Assembly: GCA_004431415.1 (NCBI GenBank)
Contig: QPMI01000141.1
Span: 97,720-161,719 of the forward strand
From: Cyanophora paradoxa CCMP329
Lineage: Eukaryota > Plantae > Glaucophyta
DNA: 64,000 nucleotides
Reading direction: 5' to 3'
Shown: positions 63,801-64,000 of the stretch, piece by piece
How positions within the stretch are numbered: the stretch's first letter is position 1
How the letters are laid out: every line of letters begins with the position of its first letter
Notes under the pieces: generated by a model
Seen by the model: the letters and a program-made list of their open reading frames with translations, nothing else
The model's database searches: none
Told to the model about the DNA's origin: nothing
Program-made: the position numbers and the translations under genes

Positions 63801-63897
63801 CCTCCCCCCGCGAGCCGTTCGCGCTGGGCTGCGCCGCTGCATCCTCGTCCCCCGCGGCGGGCTCCGCGTAAGAAACGTGGCTCGGCATTGCCGTCAT
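57009..63897 (-). CDS. Membrane-bound class III adenylyl cyclase with extracytoplasmic Cache-like region
   Basis: TM segments; ISRPLRQLAAKM (HAMP-like); FAKFVP; FFLDVRDFT; GTIDKFIGDAIMAFF; VRIGINTG; YTAVGDAVNAAARLEPLNKRYGT; LKGRTRP; C-terminal PPEHWDG...SK with one homopolymer frameshift. Confidence 0.9.
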
Positions 63898-64000
63898 GTG
63901 CCGACAGGCTTCGGAACTAACTTCCACCGGACTAACTAACGACAGCTCCGCCAGCCGGGAGCCTGGAAACTATTCCTTGCTGCTGGTCCGCCCCTCGATG

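Overview
GC-rich eukaryotic nuclear DNA with many short (about 55-110 nt) introns, typically GTGCGC/GCGCGC...CTGAC...CGCAG. Phe-containing plastid transit peptides suggest a primary-plastid alga, possibly a glaucophyte such as Cyanophora (inference). I built gene models by hand across introns, so boundaries are approximate; most entries in the ORF track are antisense or GC-content artefacts. About 22 protein genes are supported: KNL1/Spc105-like, FrnE/DsbA, PA2G4/EBP1, FolC, Trx-y, three F-box proteins, ADAT1, LSM5, a kinesin, UPF0193, a DGK1-like kinase, an SLC17/PHT4 transporter, a glutathionyl-hydroquinone reductase, an MDR dehydrogenase, AIFM2-like, eIF4G, NOC4, a histidine phosphatase, a class III adenylyl cyclase and two hypothetical proteins. 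Most lie in head-to-head pairs. The strongest signals are in RNA processing. (1) In LSM5, a U2-type intron sits inside the 5' splice site of a U12-type AT-AC intron (ATA|GT...AG|TCCTTTT), so the minor-spliceosome donor exists only after major-spliceosome splicing. (2) eIF4G hosts two identical U14 snoRNA copies, one in a canonical U12 AT-AC intron and one in a 3'UTR intron, plus a third long structured intron. (3) GC-AG introns are unusually frequent. Several single-base frameshifts in G/C runs look like sequencing errors.
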